A DNA stretch of 64,000 nucleotides from a bacterium (GTDB lineage Bacteria; Ratteibacteria; UBA8468; B48-G9; DSTR01), in the NCBI GenBank assembly GCA_029551285.1, contig JAKPFT010000081.1:18620-82619 (forward strand). Direction: 5' to 3'. Every line of letters begins with the position of its first letter. Positions within the stretch are counted from its first letter, which is position 1. A program made the translations under genes and the position numbers. Shown here piece after piece: positions 45,669 through 54,243 of this stretch. The notes under the pieces are model-generated. The model was not told where the DNA came from and did no database searches. It was given only the letters and a program-made list of their open reading frames with translations.

Positions 45669-46457
45669 TCAACGCCGTCCGGCGAGCACCGCCAGCAAGG
45701 CGGCCAGACTGTAAAGGGCAACAATAGTCGGACCGGCAGGCAGGTCAAACCTCCAGGAGACAGCCAGGCCAGCGCTGACACAGAAAACCGCCACCAGCAC
45801 CGCTATTAGAGTACTCAGGTGAATCCGCCGCGTCGCCCACAGCCCGGCCATGGGCGGAATTACCAGGGAAGCAAAAACAAAGAGAAGACCGCAACTTCTC
45901 ATCGCCAGGCCAATCAACGCACCCAGAGAAAGATAGAAAATCAGGTCCCAGAAACCGGCCGGCAATCCGAGGCTTAAAGCAAAGTCACGGTCAAAGGTAA
46001 CCGCCACGAACTCCTTCCGGAAGACAATCTGGGAACCCACCACTGCCAGGCTCACCAAACTCAATACCAGCAACTCCGGCGTGCTGATATAAAGGATGTT
46101 ACCTGAAACCAGGTCCAGACCGCGGGCTTCCGCCAGGGGGTTTTTGGCCACCAGCAAAACGGAAGCGGCGGCACACAGAGCATAAATAAACCCCACCGCG
46201 GCTTCTCCGAAACCACGTTGCTGGTGCCAGAGCTGCCAGAAGATTAAGGTAACCACCGTTGTCAGCAGAAAGGCCATCAGAAAACTGGTCTGGCCGAAGA
46301 AAAAACCGATGGCGACCCCTAATGCCGCCACCTCAGAAAGTGCTACCGACAGGAAGACAATCCTTCTCCAGATGACAAAGATGCCCAGATAGGCGCAGGC
46401 TGCGGCGATAATGCTGCCCGCGGTAAGAGCCCTCTGCATGAATGCTTCGCCAAACAT
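45669..46457 (-). CDS. znuB: zinc/manganese ABC transporter permease (ABC-3 family)
   Basis: 8 TM helices in the ABC-3 pattern. Operon with znuC and znuA. Confidence 0.8.
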   Translation of the reverse strand: MFGEAFMQRALTAGSIIAAACAYLGIFVIWRRIVFLSVALSEVAALGVAIGFFFGQTSFLMAFLLTTVVTLIFWQLWHQQRGFGEAAVGFIYALCAAASVLLVAKNPLAEARGLDLVSGNILYISTPELLVLSLVSLAVVGSQIVFRKEFVAVTFDRDFALSLGLPAGFWDLIFYLSLGALIGLAMRSCGLLFVFASLVIPPMAGLWATRRIHLSTLIAVLVAVFCVSAGLAVSWRFDLPAGPTIVALYSLAALLAVLAGRR

Positions 46458-46469
46458 CCTTCCTCCGGT

Positions 46470-47204
46470 TCAGTAAACCAGGATTCCGTTTTTACCGTTT
46501 TTTAGAAATATCTCTGTTTCCAGAACCTGCGAAAGCAAGGCAGCATTCAGCTGGTCTTTGCTGACCACCCGCAGGCCACCGGTCCTCTGAAGAAAAAGAA
46601 AATACTCGGCTTCGTTGATGACTTTAGGCAATTCGTGACTGACCAGGACCACAGTTAAACCCAACTGCTTTCTGGTCTCGGCCACCAGTTGCAGAATTTC
46701 GCGGGAACCCTTCAGGTCCAGGTCGGTGGTGGGTTCGTCCAGCAGTAGCACCTGCGGCTCTGTAGCCAGAGCCCGGGCTAAGAGCACCCGCTGTTTCTGG
46801 CCACCGGAAAGTTCAGAGAAGAGTTTTTCCGAAAGGTGACCCACACCGCACAGCCGGAGACATTTTTCCACGACCGCCCGGTCCTCATGCCGGAAAGGCC
46901 GGCCGAGCCCGGCTAACCTGGTTCTGGCCATAAGAGCAATCTCCCTCACGGTGCAGGGGAATAACTCCTCCACGGCCTTCCTTTGCTGGCAATATCCGAA
47001 AGCCAGCCGGCTATCCCGGTAAAGGTGACCCTTCAGGGGCGGCAGAATTCCCAGGATGGCTTTTAAGATGGTGGTCTTGCCGGAACCGTTAGGTCCGATA
47101 AAACCCCAGTATTGACCCGGATAGATTTTTAAGGAAAGCCCTTTTACCACCGGCTGGCTTCCGTAACCAAGGGCGACATTCTCAAAAACGATAATCGGGT
47201 TCAT
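46470..47204 (-). CDS. znuC: zinc/manganese ABC transporter ATP-binding protein
   Basis: Walker A GPNGSGKTT. LSGGQKQRVLLARAL. LLLDEPTTDLD. Confidence 0.85.
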   Translation of the reverse strand: MNPIIVFENVALGYGSQPVVKGLSLKIYPGQYWGFIGPNGSGKTTILKAILGILPPLKGHLYRDSRLAFGYCQQRKAVEELFPCTVREIALMARTRLAGLGRPFRHEDRAVVEKCLRLCGVGHLSEKLFSELSGGQKQRVLLARALATEPQVLLLDEPTTDLDLKGSREILQLVAETRKQLGLTVVLVSHELPKVINEAEYFLFLQRTGGLRVVSKDQLNAALLSQVLETEIFLKNGKNGILVY

Positions 47205-48115
47205 AATTGTTGTTCTCCGGTGATTAAAGAAACGATTGTTTCCAGAAGGCTGAAGTAATCCCTAACTTCGGGAGTACCTCCCACGGAATTGGGAAAGACA
47301 ACCACCCTGGCCCCGGTCTCCCGGGCCACAAAATCAGCCGCTTTTCTGTTATAAAAGACCTCCTGCAGGATTAGACCAACCTTTTCCTTTTTCATCAACT
47401 CCACGACCCGGGAAAGATGCGCCGGTCCAGGAGGAATACCAGGTTTTGGCTCCAGTTCCGCCACAATTTTCAGGGGAAATCTCCGGCAGAAGTAAGAAAG
47501 ACTGCGGTGGTAACTGACCGCTTTCACTTCGCCCAGTTTTTCCATCTTTTTCTGGCACCAGGCTATCAGCTCATCAATCCTGCGCTCAAATTTCTTCAGA
47601 TTGGCCTGGAAAAAATCACTGTCAGCTGGGCAAATAATACTGAGCCGTTCTGCAATCTGTCTGGCTATTAAGCGGCCATTTTCCGGGTCAAGCCAGTAGT
47701 GGGGATTACCCAGCGGGTGGACATCTCCCATAGAAGCATCAACCCTGGCACCAGAAGGCAGCACCTCTAATTTTTTTATCGGTCCGGAAAGGTCAAGAAA
47801 ACCAGTTTTACCCGTGTTCACCTTTGGATTCCGGGCCGCGTCAATCAGCGAGTAAACCCAGATGTCCAGGTCCAGCCCCACGGCCAGAACCAGGTCTGCC
47901 TTCCTGATTTTCACCACCATAGAGGGTCTGGGCTCCACAAAATGAGGGTCCTGCACCCCGGTAATCAGGGAAACTACCTCCACCCTGTCCCCGCCTATCT
48001 CCCTGGCGATTGAGGCCATGTCAGAAGTGGTGGTGACAACATTTATTTTCTCAGCCGAGGCTAAACCCACACACAGAGCCAGTACCGTCACCAGTAAAGT
48101 TATCCGCTTCATCAT
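47201..48115 (-). CDS. znuA: metal ABC transporter substrate-binding protein (ZnuA/TroA family)
   Basis: Signal peptide, then the TroA-like fold (VVTTTSDMASIAREIGGDRVEV...HPLGNPHYWLDP). Confidence 0.8.
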   Translation of the reverse strand: MMKRITLLVTVLALCVGLASAEKINVVTTTSDMASIAREIGGDRVEVVSLITGVQDPHFVEPRPSMVVKIRKADLVLAVGLDLDIWVYSLIDAARNPKVNTGKTGFLDLSGPIKKLEVLPSGARVDASMGDVHPLGNPHYWLDPENGRLIARQIAERLSIICPADSDFFQANLKKFERRIDELIAWCQKKMEKLGEVKAVSYHRSLSYFCRRFPLKIVAELEPKPGIPPGPAHLSRVVELMKKEKVGLILQEVFYNRKAADFVARETGARVVVFPNSVGGTPEVRDYFSLLETIVSLITGEQQL

Positions 48116-48181
48116 CCCTCCTTATCTGACTATTGTTTCTGTCAATGGTTTTGCAACTCCTTATCGCCTTTCCTCCTCCAC

Positions 48182-48434
48182 TGTCAGAAAAGGAAGGGAA
48201 TAACTGGCGAACGAATTGCGAAGGCACAGTTACAAGACAAGACGAAAAGCGGATGCGCTCGGTAAGCGGACCGGACAATTCCATCCGGGACGCAATACCT
48301 TACTCGGCGGTGTTTGAGCTCGCCCCCGGGCGAGCGAGTTCGCCGAGCAACCGATTTCGGCGTAGTCCTTGTCTGTGCCGGAGCATTCTGAGTGAGCCAG
48401 TTTGTTCCCTTTCTTTTCATTCCTCTTTTATTCC
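48182..48434. repeat. copy 1 of tandemly duplicated ~253-nt structured element (candidate ncRNA/riboswitch-like leader)
   Basis: Copy 1 is near-identical to copy 2 at both ends. The middle diverges, but the local hairpins are preserved (ccgga-N8-tccgg; gctcgcc-ccc-ggcgagc). Confidence 0.6.
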
Positions 48435-48481
48435 TTCTTTGGTTCTGCCTGTCCTTATCTCTCTCCCTATCCTTCCCAGTG

Positions 48482-48734
48482 TGTCAAAAAAGGAAGGGAA
48501 TAACTGGCGAACGATTTGCGAAGGCACAGTTACAAGACAAGATGAAAAGCGGATGCGTTCGGTAAGCGGCCCGGATAAGTCTAACCGGGACGCAATACCT
48601 TACTCGGCGGTGTCTGAATTCGCCACCTGGCGAATGAGTTCGACGAGCGACCGATTTCGGCGTAGTCCTTGTCTGTGCCGGAGCACCTTGAGTGAGCCAG
48701 TTTGTTCCCTTTCTTTTCATTCCTCTTTTATTCC
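48482..48734. repeat. copy 2 of tandemly duplicated ~253-nt structured element
   Basis: Period is 300 nt. Hairpins cccgg-N10-ccggg and attcgcc-acct-ggcgaat occupy the same positions as the copy-1 hairpins but use different stem sequence, i.e. compensatory changes. Confidence 0.6.
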
Positions 48735-49607
48735 TTTTTTGACACTATCCTTTTCTGTTATTGCTCCTAATCCCCGGCAAACCTCAAGGAGCGCTTCCTT
48801 CAGATATCCGTATTTTCCGCCGAACACGGCCTTACACTGTTCTATGGAAGATGCTCCTTCGTAAACCTTGCAGGCAAAAGCCGTGCAGGTTGGCTCTCCG
48901 CAGGCCCGGCAGTTGGTCCGGGGAAGACGTTTCAAAATCTCCAGGGCCGGCGGCCTCTGGCGCAAGGCGTCCGAAGGTTGAATGGTTGCCCGCTGCTGCC
49001 AGACGCGATTTACCTGGTAGCGAATCATCTCCAGAACCCGCCAGGCATCTACAATCTCATCAGCCCTGGCGACGGTAATCCGTCGCGGAGAGAGAGAAAT
49101 CATCCGGTAGCCGTCCATAAATGTCAGCACCGGAGCGCTTTTTATGTAGGACGCCGTTTCCATAACCGCGTTCAGATAAGGAAAAACCTCAGCCATATCT
49201 CCGGTAATGTGGGCGATGAGCCGGATCCGGGTCTCATCGGCCACGCACGGCGCCAGCACCATGATTGCTGCCCGGCCAAAAACATCTTCAGAGAAAATTG
49301 GCGGTTCCTCGTCAGGGACAGGTCTCTCAGTGGGACGATATTCTACCCATCCGGAACAGGTGAGGTCTCTTTTTTCTCCAAGAAAATCCCGGCCTTCATC
49401 GTCAACAACTAAGGCTGGCGCCCCTACCAGCCGATACTTAGGTTCTGGCCGGATCACTTCCGCGGCCAGAGCCGCCTGTTCTAAACCCTTCAGCGCCATT
49501 TCAAAGGCCTGTGAATCGGGAAAGGTTGTCAGCCACCGTGTCATAACTGTTTTCCTCAACCCGGCTGTTTTTCCCCGCCGGGAAAGAAAAAACACTCTGC
49601 CAGGCAT
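48717..49607 (-). CDS. protein with C-terminal Fe-S cluster domain (PF04060-like C-x2-C-G-x2-T-C-x4-C...C)
   Basis: CRACGEPTCTAFACKVYEGASSIEQC lies at the C-terminus. N-terminal region of unknown function. The start may be at MTRWL (49544). Confidence 0.5.
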   Translation of the reverse strand: MPGRVFFLSRRGKTAGLRKTVMTRWLTTFPDSQAFEMALKGLEQAALAAEVIRPEPKYRLVGAPALVVDDEGRDFLGEKRDLTCSGWVEYRPTERPVPDEEPPIFSEDVFGRAAIMVLAPCVADETRIRLIAHITGDMAEVFPYLNAVMETASYIKSAPVLTFMDGYRMISLSPRRITVARADEIVDAWRVLEMIRYQVNRVWQQRATIQPSDALRQRPPALEILKRLPRTNCRACGEPTCTAFACKVYEGASSIEQCKAVFGGKYGYLKEALLEVCRGLGAITEKDSVKKGIKEE

Positions 49608-50795
49608 TCATTTCACCAGCCACCCGAAGACAAGACCGGTGACCGTAGCCATGACAACCACCAGCGTCACATAAACAACCGTTTTCTTCGTGCCCATGAT
49701 ACTTCTGAGGACCAGCATGCTGGGCAAACTCAATGCCGGCCCAGCCAGAAGAAGGGCCAGGGCCGGGCCGTTGCCCATTCCGGAACCGAGCAAACCCTGA
49801 AGAATGGGAACTTCGGTCAATGTAGCAAAGTACATGAAGGCGCCCACAATGGAAGCGAAAAAATTGGCTCTCAGAGAATTCCCGCCGACCAGAAACATTA
49901 CCAGCCTTGAGGCAATAAGCCCCTCGTGTCCCGGCCGGCCCAGAAGTATCCCGGCCACAAAGACACCGGCAAAGAGCAAAGGGAAAATCTGTTTGGCAAA
50001 ACCCCAGGCGCTGCGTACCCATTCGGCCAGTTCCTCTTTCCGGAACCAGGCCTTGAGGACCAGGAGAAGTAATACGAGAAAACCGGCGGTGAGCATCCAC
50101 TTGATGCGAAAAATAAATAGCCAAAGGCCGGAACTGTTACCCTTTGGCGAGGCCCAGTTGGCAAAGACAAGAATCCCGACCAGAGCGGCAAACTGAAGCC
50201 CTGTCTGCCACAGGGGGTGCTTCTCCTGTTCGCCGGCCAGCACCAGGTCTCCCTCATTTTCTCTGGAAGTTTCTTCCTTCAGAAAAAGCAAATGCATCAG
50301 CAGACCGACCACCACGCTGAAGACGACCGCGCCCAGCGCCCGGGCCAGCCCCAGTCTCCAGCCCAAAATGCGCGCGGTCATGATGATCGCCAGCACATTA
50401 ATAGCCGGGCCAGAGTACAGAAACGCGGTGGCTGGACCCAGGCCGGCTCCCCGACGGTAAATTCCGGCAAAAAGTGGCAGCACCGTGCAGGAACAGACTG
50501 CCAGGATGGTCCCGGAAACTGAAGCGACACCATAGGCCAGAATTTTGTTAGCCTTCCGGCCAAAGTATTTCAGAACAGAAGCCTGGCTGACAAAAACGGC
50601 GATGGCGCCGGCAATAAAAAAAGCCGGCACCAGACAGAGAAGAACATGCTCCCGGGCGTACCACTGGAGAAGCAGCACGGCTTCGGTCAGAGGATTGGAT
50701 ACTGAGAAGCGGAAAGGAAGGAAATAAAAGAAGAGGAAGACCGCCACCATCAACAGAAACTTCGCTCGTTCGGTTCTGTACCAGGCCATGTTCAC
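49608..50795 (-). CDS. ArsP-like DUF318 permease (second copy, longer)
   Basis: AVCSCTVLPLFAGI motif (compare FPVCSCGNIPV at 42877..43899). About 10 TM helices. Located directly downstream of arsR. Confidence 0.65.
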   Translation of the reverse strand: MNMAWYRTERAKFLLMVAVFLFFYFLPFRFSVSNPLTEAVLLLQWYAREHVLLCLVPAFFIAGAIAVFVSQASVLKYFGRKANKILAYGVASVSGTILAVCSCTVLPLFAGIYRRGAGLGPATAFLYSGPAINVLAIIMTARILGWRLGLARALGAVVFSVVVGLLMHLLFLKEETSRENEGDLVLAGEQEKHPLWQTGLQFAALVGILVFANWASPKGNSSGLWLFIFRIKWMLTAGFLVLLLLVLKAWFRKEELAEWVRSAWGFAKQIFPLLFAGVFVAGILLGRPGHEGLIASRLVMFLVGGNSLRANFFASIVGAFMYFATLTEVPILQGLLGSGMGNGPALALLLAGPALSLPSMLVLRSIMGTKKTVVYVTLVVVMATVTGLVFGWLVK

Positions 50796-51172
50796 CTCTG
50801 ACAGAGTTTTTTCCGGTCAGCCAGCTTAGCTTTTTTTTCATCCTGCCTCAGTCTGGCATCAACCATGGTTAGAGCGGTTACTGTTTTTAGAAGAGGATTA
50901 AGCCAGTGGTTCTTCGGATAGAAACAGAGACGATAATCGGTCCATACCCCGTTGGTCTGGTCTTCAATCAACCCGGCTTGTTTCAGCGCCTGCAAATGGC
51001 GGGAGACCGTTGGCTGAGCAATACCCAGCACAAAGCGCAACTCACAGACACACATCGGCCTGGCCGCCAGCAACTTCAGAATCCGAATGCGGTTGCGGTT
51101 AGCCAGTGCCTTGAACACCCGTTCTGCTTCTCCCAGAGAAACCGCTCCGGGCCTGGATAGCGATATAGCCAT
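50792..51172 (-). CDS. ArsR/SmtB family metalloregulator
   Basis: HTH with metal-binding CVCEL motif (LAARPMCVCELRFVLGIAQPTVSRHLQAL). Confidence 0.8.
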   Translation of the reverse strand: MAISLSRPGAVSLGEAERVFKALANRNRIRILKLLAARPMCVCELRFVLGIAQPTVSRHLQALKQAGLIEDQTNGVWTDYRLCFYPKNHWLNPLLKTVTALTMVDARLRQDEKKAKLADRKKLCQR

Positions 51173-51221
51173 TTTGCTATTTATACCATTTTCACCCCTG
51201 GCCTGTCAAGGCCTGGAAGTT

Positions 51222-52370
51222 TTATGCAAAAAGATGTCTGGCTGAGTTCAGAAAAAAGGGCAGGTACTCCTGGAGAAGCGGCTGATGGAAATTATCCACA
51301 AAAGGCTGGCCGGCTTTGTTCATTTCTGTTCCGCAGATAACCGGTATGTTCATCCTCTGACATGTCTTTAGAAAGTTTTTCAGGTTAGCCACCTTGACCT
51401 TCCTTTCCTCCGCCTCCTTAACATTCCAGTTCCTCTCCGGAATAATCGCCATCCCTCTGACGCCCTGGCTGAGGAAAAATTCCAGAAAGACTTCAGTTTC
51501 CCTTTCACCCTCGCTGGTACCGTCCAGCCAGGTGCCGATGGGAATCCCACCGGCCTGTTCAATGCCGTGAATGACTTCCTTCAAGGACGGGAAGAGTTTT
51601 TCTTCCGGCTCCACATAACCAGGGCCGCCATACTTAATCAGCCCTGTCCGGATAAGTTCCTGAAAATCCGCCGGCCGGTTATTTCTCAACTCCGTAATCT
51701 TTTCTAATGGTTGCCGGAAAACTTCGCTCCAGAACCGGTCAATGTCTGCTCCCAGAGTTTTTTCCGAGACCCGGTGATAGGCCGCCACGATATGCCGTTC
51801 CGTAGGATTTCCCGAGGGGGTCAGCGGCAGAACATCCTGGTGATAATTAAGAGAGACCCTGCCCAGGAAACGGTTGAGCCGCTCAATCACCATCCGGTTG
51901 CGCGCCTGAGCCATTTCCTTCATCCGGTGGAAAAACTTTCCTGCGGTGGTAGTCCCATCAGGAAGTTTCTTAAAACCCATCCCGCACAGGTAGTAGATAC
52001 CAGGTTCTTTCGGTGAGTTGATTACCGTCCGGCGGTATTCCGGGACAAAAACTCTGGATTCAAAGCCGGAGACACCGGAAACACCAAGTTCCCTGGCCAC
52101 CTGAAGGGTTTCTTCCAGTCCGGCCAGAGTATCAAAATCAACAGTTCCCACCCAGACCAGACCGGTGCGCCAGGCTTCCAGGACAACCCTGGCCGGCGAC
52201 CAGTCCAGATAGTTGAAGGAGTGAAAAGTATGAAGATGCAAGTTCAGCCAGCCGGCATACTCTGCTGACGGCTTTATTCTGCCCTGCCGGCTCAGTGTCA
52301 GAAGTTCTCTGAAAGCCTGCTGCCGAACCTCAGCCCTAAAATCAGAAAGCGCCGTTAGCATTTCTTCCAT
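51222..52370 (-). CDS. hypothetical protein (possible PHP/amidohydrolase-like metal-dependent hydrolase)
   Basis: 382-aa ORF. N-terminal LNLHLHTFHSF His cluster. No confident family assignment. Confidence 0.4.
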   Translation of the reverse strand: MEEMLTALSDFRAEVRQQAFRELLTLSRQGRIKPSAEYAGWLNLHLHTFHSFNYLDWSPARVVLEAWRTGLVWVGTVDFDTLAGLEETLQVARELGVSGVSGFESRVFVPEYRRTVINSPKEPGIYYLCGMGFKKLPDGTTTAGKFFHRMKEMAQARNRMVIERLNRFLGRVSLNYHQDVLPLTPSGNPTERHIVAAYHRVSEKTLGADIDRFWSEVFRQPLEKITELRNNRPADFQELIRTGLIKYGGPGYVEPEEKLFPSLKEVIHGIEQAGGIPIGTWLDGTSEGERETEVFLEFFLSQGVRGMAIIPERNWNVKEAEERKVKVANLKNFLKTCQRMNIPVICGTEMNKAGQPFVDNFHQPLLQEYLPFFLNSARHLFA

Positions 52371-52490
52371 AACGTTTTATATTAGCCTGCTACGCTTGCT
52401 CTGACAAGCAACTTTCCAGCAGCCTTTCCGGGACCAACCAGCGCACCCTCAAAAATTTACCGTTTTCCCTCACAAATAGTAAAATAGCGC

Positions 52491-53249
52491 ATGCTGATCA
52501 TCAGATCGCTGCTGGTGGGAATGCTGGGGGGCTTTATCTCCGGCCTTACCGGAATGGGCGGCGGTTCGCTTTTTGTGCCCATCTTTTTCTTCCTTTTTAA
52601 TCTGCCCATTAAAGAGGCCATTGGAACCAGTTTAATGGTCATTGTTTTCTCCTCACTCTCAGCCTTAATTACTCACTGGAGGGGACGGCAAATTCAGGGT
52701 TTGCTTTCTCTCACCATTATCACCGGGGGGATTGTTGGGGCCAGGTTGGGCGCTTACTTAACGGCTCGGCTGCCGGATAATTTTGTCAAGTTTTTTTTCA
52801 TTGCCCTGGTGGCAGTAACCGGGGTGAAGATGTGGCAGGGTACCAATCAAAAAAACGAAGAAGCAAAGGAAGACCACACGGTCTGCCCGGAACTGGCTCT
52901 CTGGAAGGGTATCATCGCTGGCCTGGCCGGCGGGATTGCTTCCGGAATGGGTGGCGTCGGCGGGGCCATCATTATTGTTCCCCTGCTTCACCTCTGGCTT
53001 TTAGTCCCGATGAGGATTTGCGTCGGCACTGTCCTGGCCGCTGTTTTCTTCAACGCTTTTTCCGGCAGTCTGGGCTACTGGTCAGAAAAGTTGATTGATA
53101 TCCCTGCAGGATTTCCCGTAGCCGCTGGCGCGGTAGTCGCCGCGCCCTTTGGTGCCAGGTTAAGCATGCGGCTTAACCAGAGAAGACTGCGGCGAATTTT
53201 TGCCGTGGTGCTGATTCTCGGTGGTCTGGCTACCTTTTTAAAAAGATGA
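52491..53249 (+). CDS. TSUP family (TauE/SafE) sulfite/anion exporter
   Basis: Two 4-TM repeats with Gly-rich motifs GGFISGLTGMGGGSL and AGGIASGMGGVGGAII. Confidence 0.8.
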   Translation: MLIIRSLLVGMLGGFISGLTGMGGGSLFVPIFFFLFNLPIKEAIGTSLMVIVFSSLSALITHWRGRQIQGLLSLTIITGGIVGARLGAYLTARLPDNFVKFFFIALVAVTGVKMWQGTNQKNEEAKEDHTVCPELALWKGIIAGLAGGIASGMGGVGGAIIIVPLLHLWLLVPMRICVGTVLAAVFFNAFSGSLGYWSEKLIDIPAGFPVAAGAVVAAPFGARLSMRLNQRRLRRIFAVVLILGGLATFLKR

Positions 53250-54130
53250 GCTTCGTCCTTGGAGTTGATGAAAATGGTCTGGGACCGGTGATGGGACCGC
53301 TGGTGGTTACTGGCGTCCTGATGGGTGGAATTCCAGCCACCTGGCTGCCAGGGGCCGCTGACAGTAAAAAATTCTTTCTGTCTGGCGCGCCGCAGAGTCT
53401 GAGAAAACTGGAAGTGTTTTGCCTCAGCCTGTTTCAGGCCCTTTACGGTTATCTTCCAGGCGAGGCGGCCTCCTTTATCAGGGCGGTGGCTCCGGAAGCC
53501 TGCTGTCCCACCGGAACCAACCTGTGCTGGTCCAGACTGAATCATGCCTTCTCTTCAACCTGCGCCGAAGAAATCTTTGAAGCTTCCTGCAACCTGAAAA
53601 ACTGGATGGAAAAAGAGGGTGTTTCCTTCAACGGCCTTCACTGCCAGATAGTCTGTCCTGCCCGCTTGAATACCTTAATCACGCGGGGAGATTCTAAATC
53701 CTTCATTGACTTTTCCTGTTTTGCACAGGTGATTCGTCATCTGGCGGTCCCGGGCGTAAAAATCCAGGCTGGCAAAATTGGTGGTACCAAAAACTATCTG
53801 ACCTGGTTGCGGTATGCCTTCCCTGAAGCGACCATTAAACCTCTGGAAGAAAGCCATGGTCTTTCTTCTTACCAGGTCTCTCTGTCAGGAAAAACATATA
53901 ACCTTGAATTCTGGGTGGATGTGGAGGAAAAATCTCTGGCCGCGGCAGTAGCCTCTCTCATCGGCAAGTTTGTCCGGGAACTGTTTATGGAAAGCATTAA
54001 CAAAGCCCTGGATAACCAGGTGCCTGTTTCCGGATACCGGGACAGAAAAACAAAGGTTTTTCTCAGCAGAATTTTGCCCCGACTTCCCGAGAAAAAAATT
54101 CCGGTTTCCTGTCTGGTACGAAAGGCATAG
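53246..54130 (+). CDS. divergent RNase H type-2 (RNase HII)-like protein
   Basis: N-terminal GVDENGLGPVMGPLVV...DSKK resembles RNase HII GVDEAGRGP...DSKK. Later TRGDSKS resembles KGDS. About 90 aa longer than canonical RnhB. Start overlaps the TauE stop (ATGA). Confidence 0.4.
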   Translation: MSFVLGVDENGLGPVMGPLVVTGVLMGGIPATWLPGAADSKKFFLSGAPQSLRKLEVFCLSLFQALYGYLPGEAASFIRAVAPEACCPTGTNLCWSRLNHAFSSTCAEEIFEASCNLKNWMEKEGVSFNGLHCQIVCPARLNTLITRGDSKSFIDFSCFAQVIRHLAVPGVKIQAGKIGGTKNYLTWLRYAFPEATIKPLEESHGLSSYQVSLSGKTYNLEFWVDVEEKSLAAAVASLIGKFVRELFMESINKALDNQVPVSGYRDRKTKVFLSRILPRLPEKKIPVSCLVRKA

Positions 54131-54243
54131 TGCTGGAAAAACCAGTCTTTCCGAGCGAACCTGAAGGGTGGCGGGAAAATACGAGCCGGAGCCAGGCTAA
54201 GAGGAAAGAACAAAAGGAGAGCAGACGCACAACAATTTTCCCG

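Noticed and set aside
48170-48780. Known riboswitch classes (cobalamin, ZTP, glycine tandem, czcD) or a T-box for the tandem element
   Set aside because: I could not find the diagnostic boxes (for example the GCCACUG B12 box, the ZTP CGCCUGGGC pseudoknot or a T-box antiterminator) by eye. A covariance-model search is needed, so the class is left open.
48133-48864. 243-aa + strand ORF spanning both copies of the tandem repeat, plus two paralogous 78-aa minus-strand ORFs (48184..48420, 48484..48720)
   Set aside because: The differences between the two repeat copies are concentrated in hairpin stems with compensatory changes and produce many radical amino-acid changes in every frame. The proteins are Arg/Ser-rich low complexity with no motif. 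An RNA or regulatory element is a better explanation.
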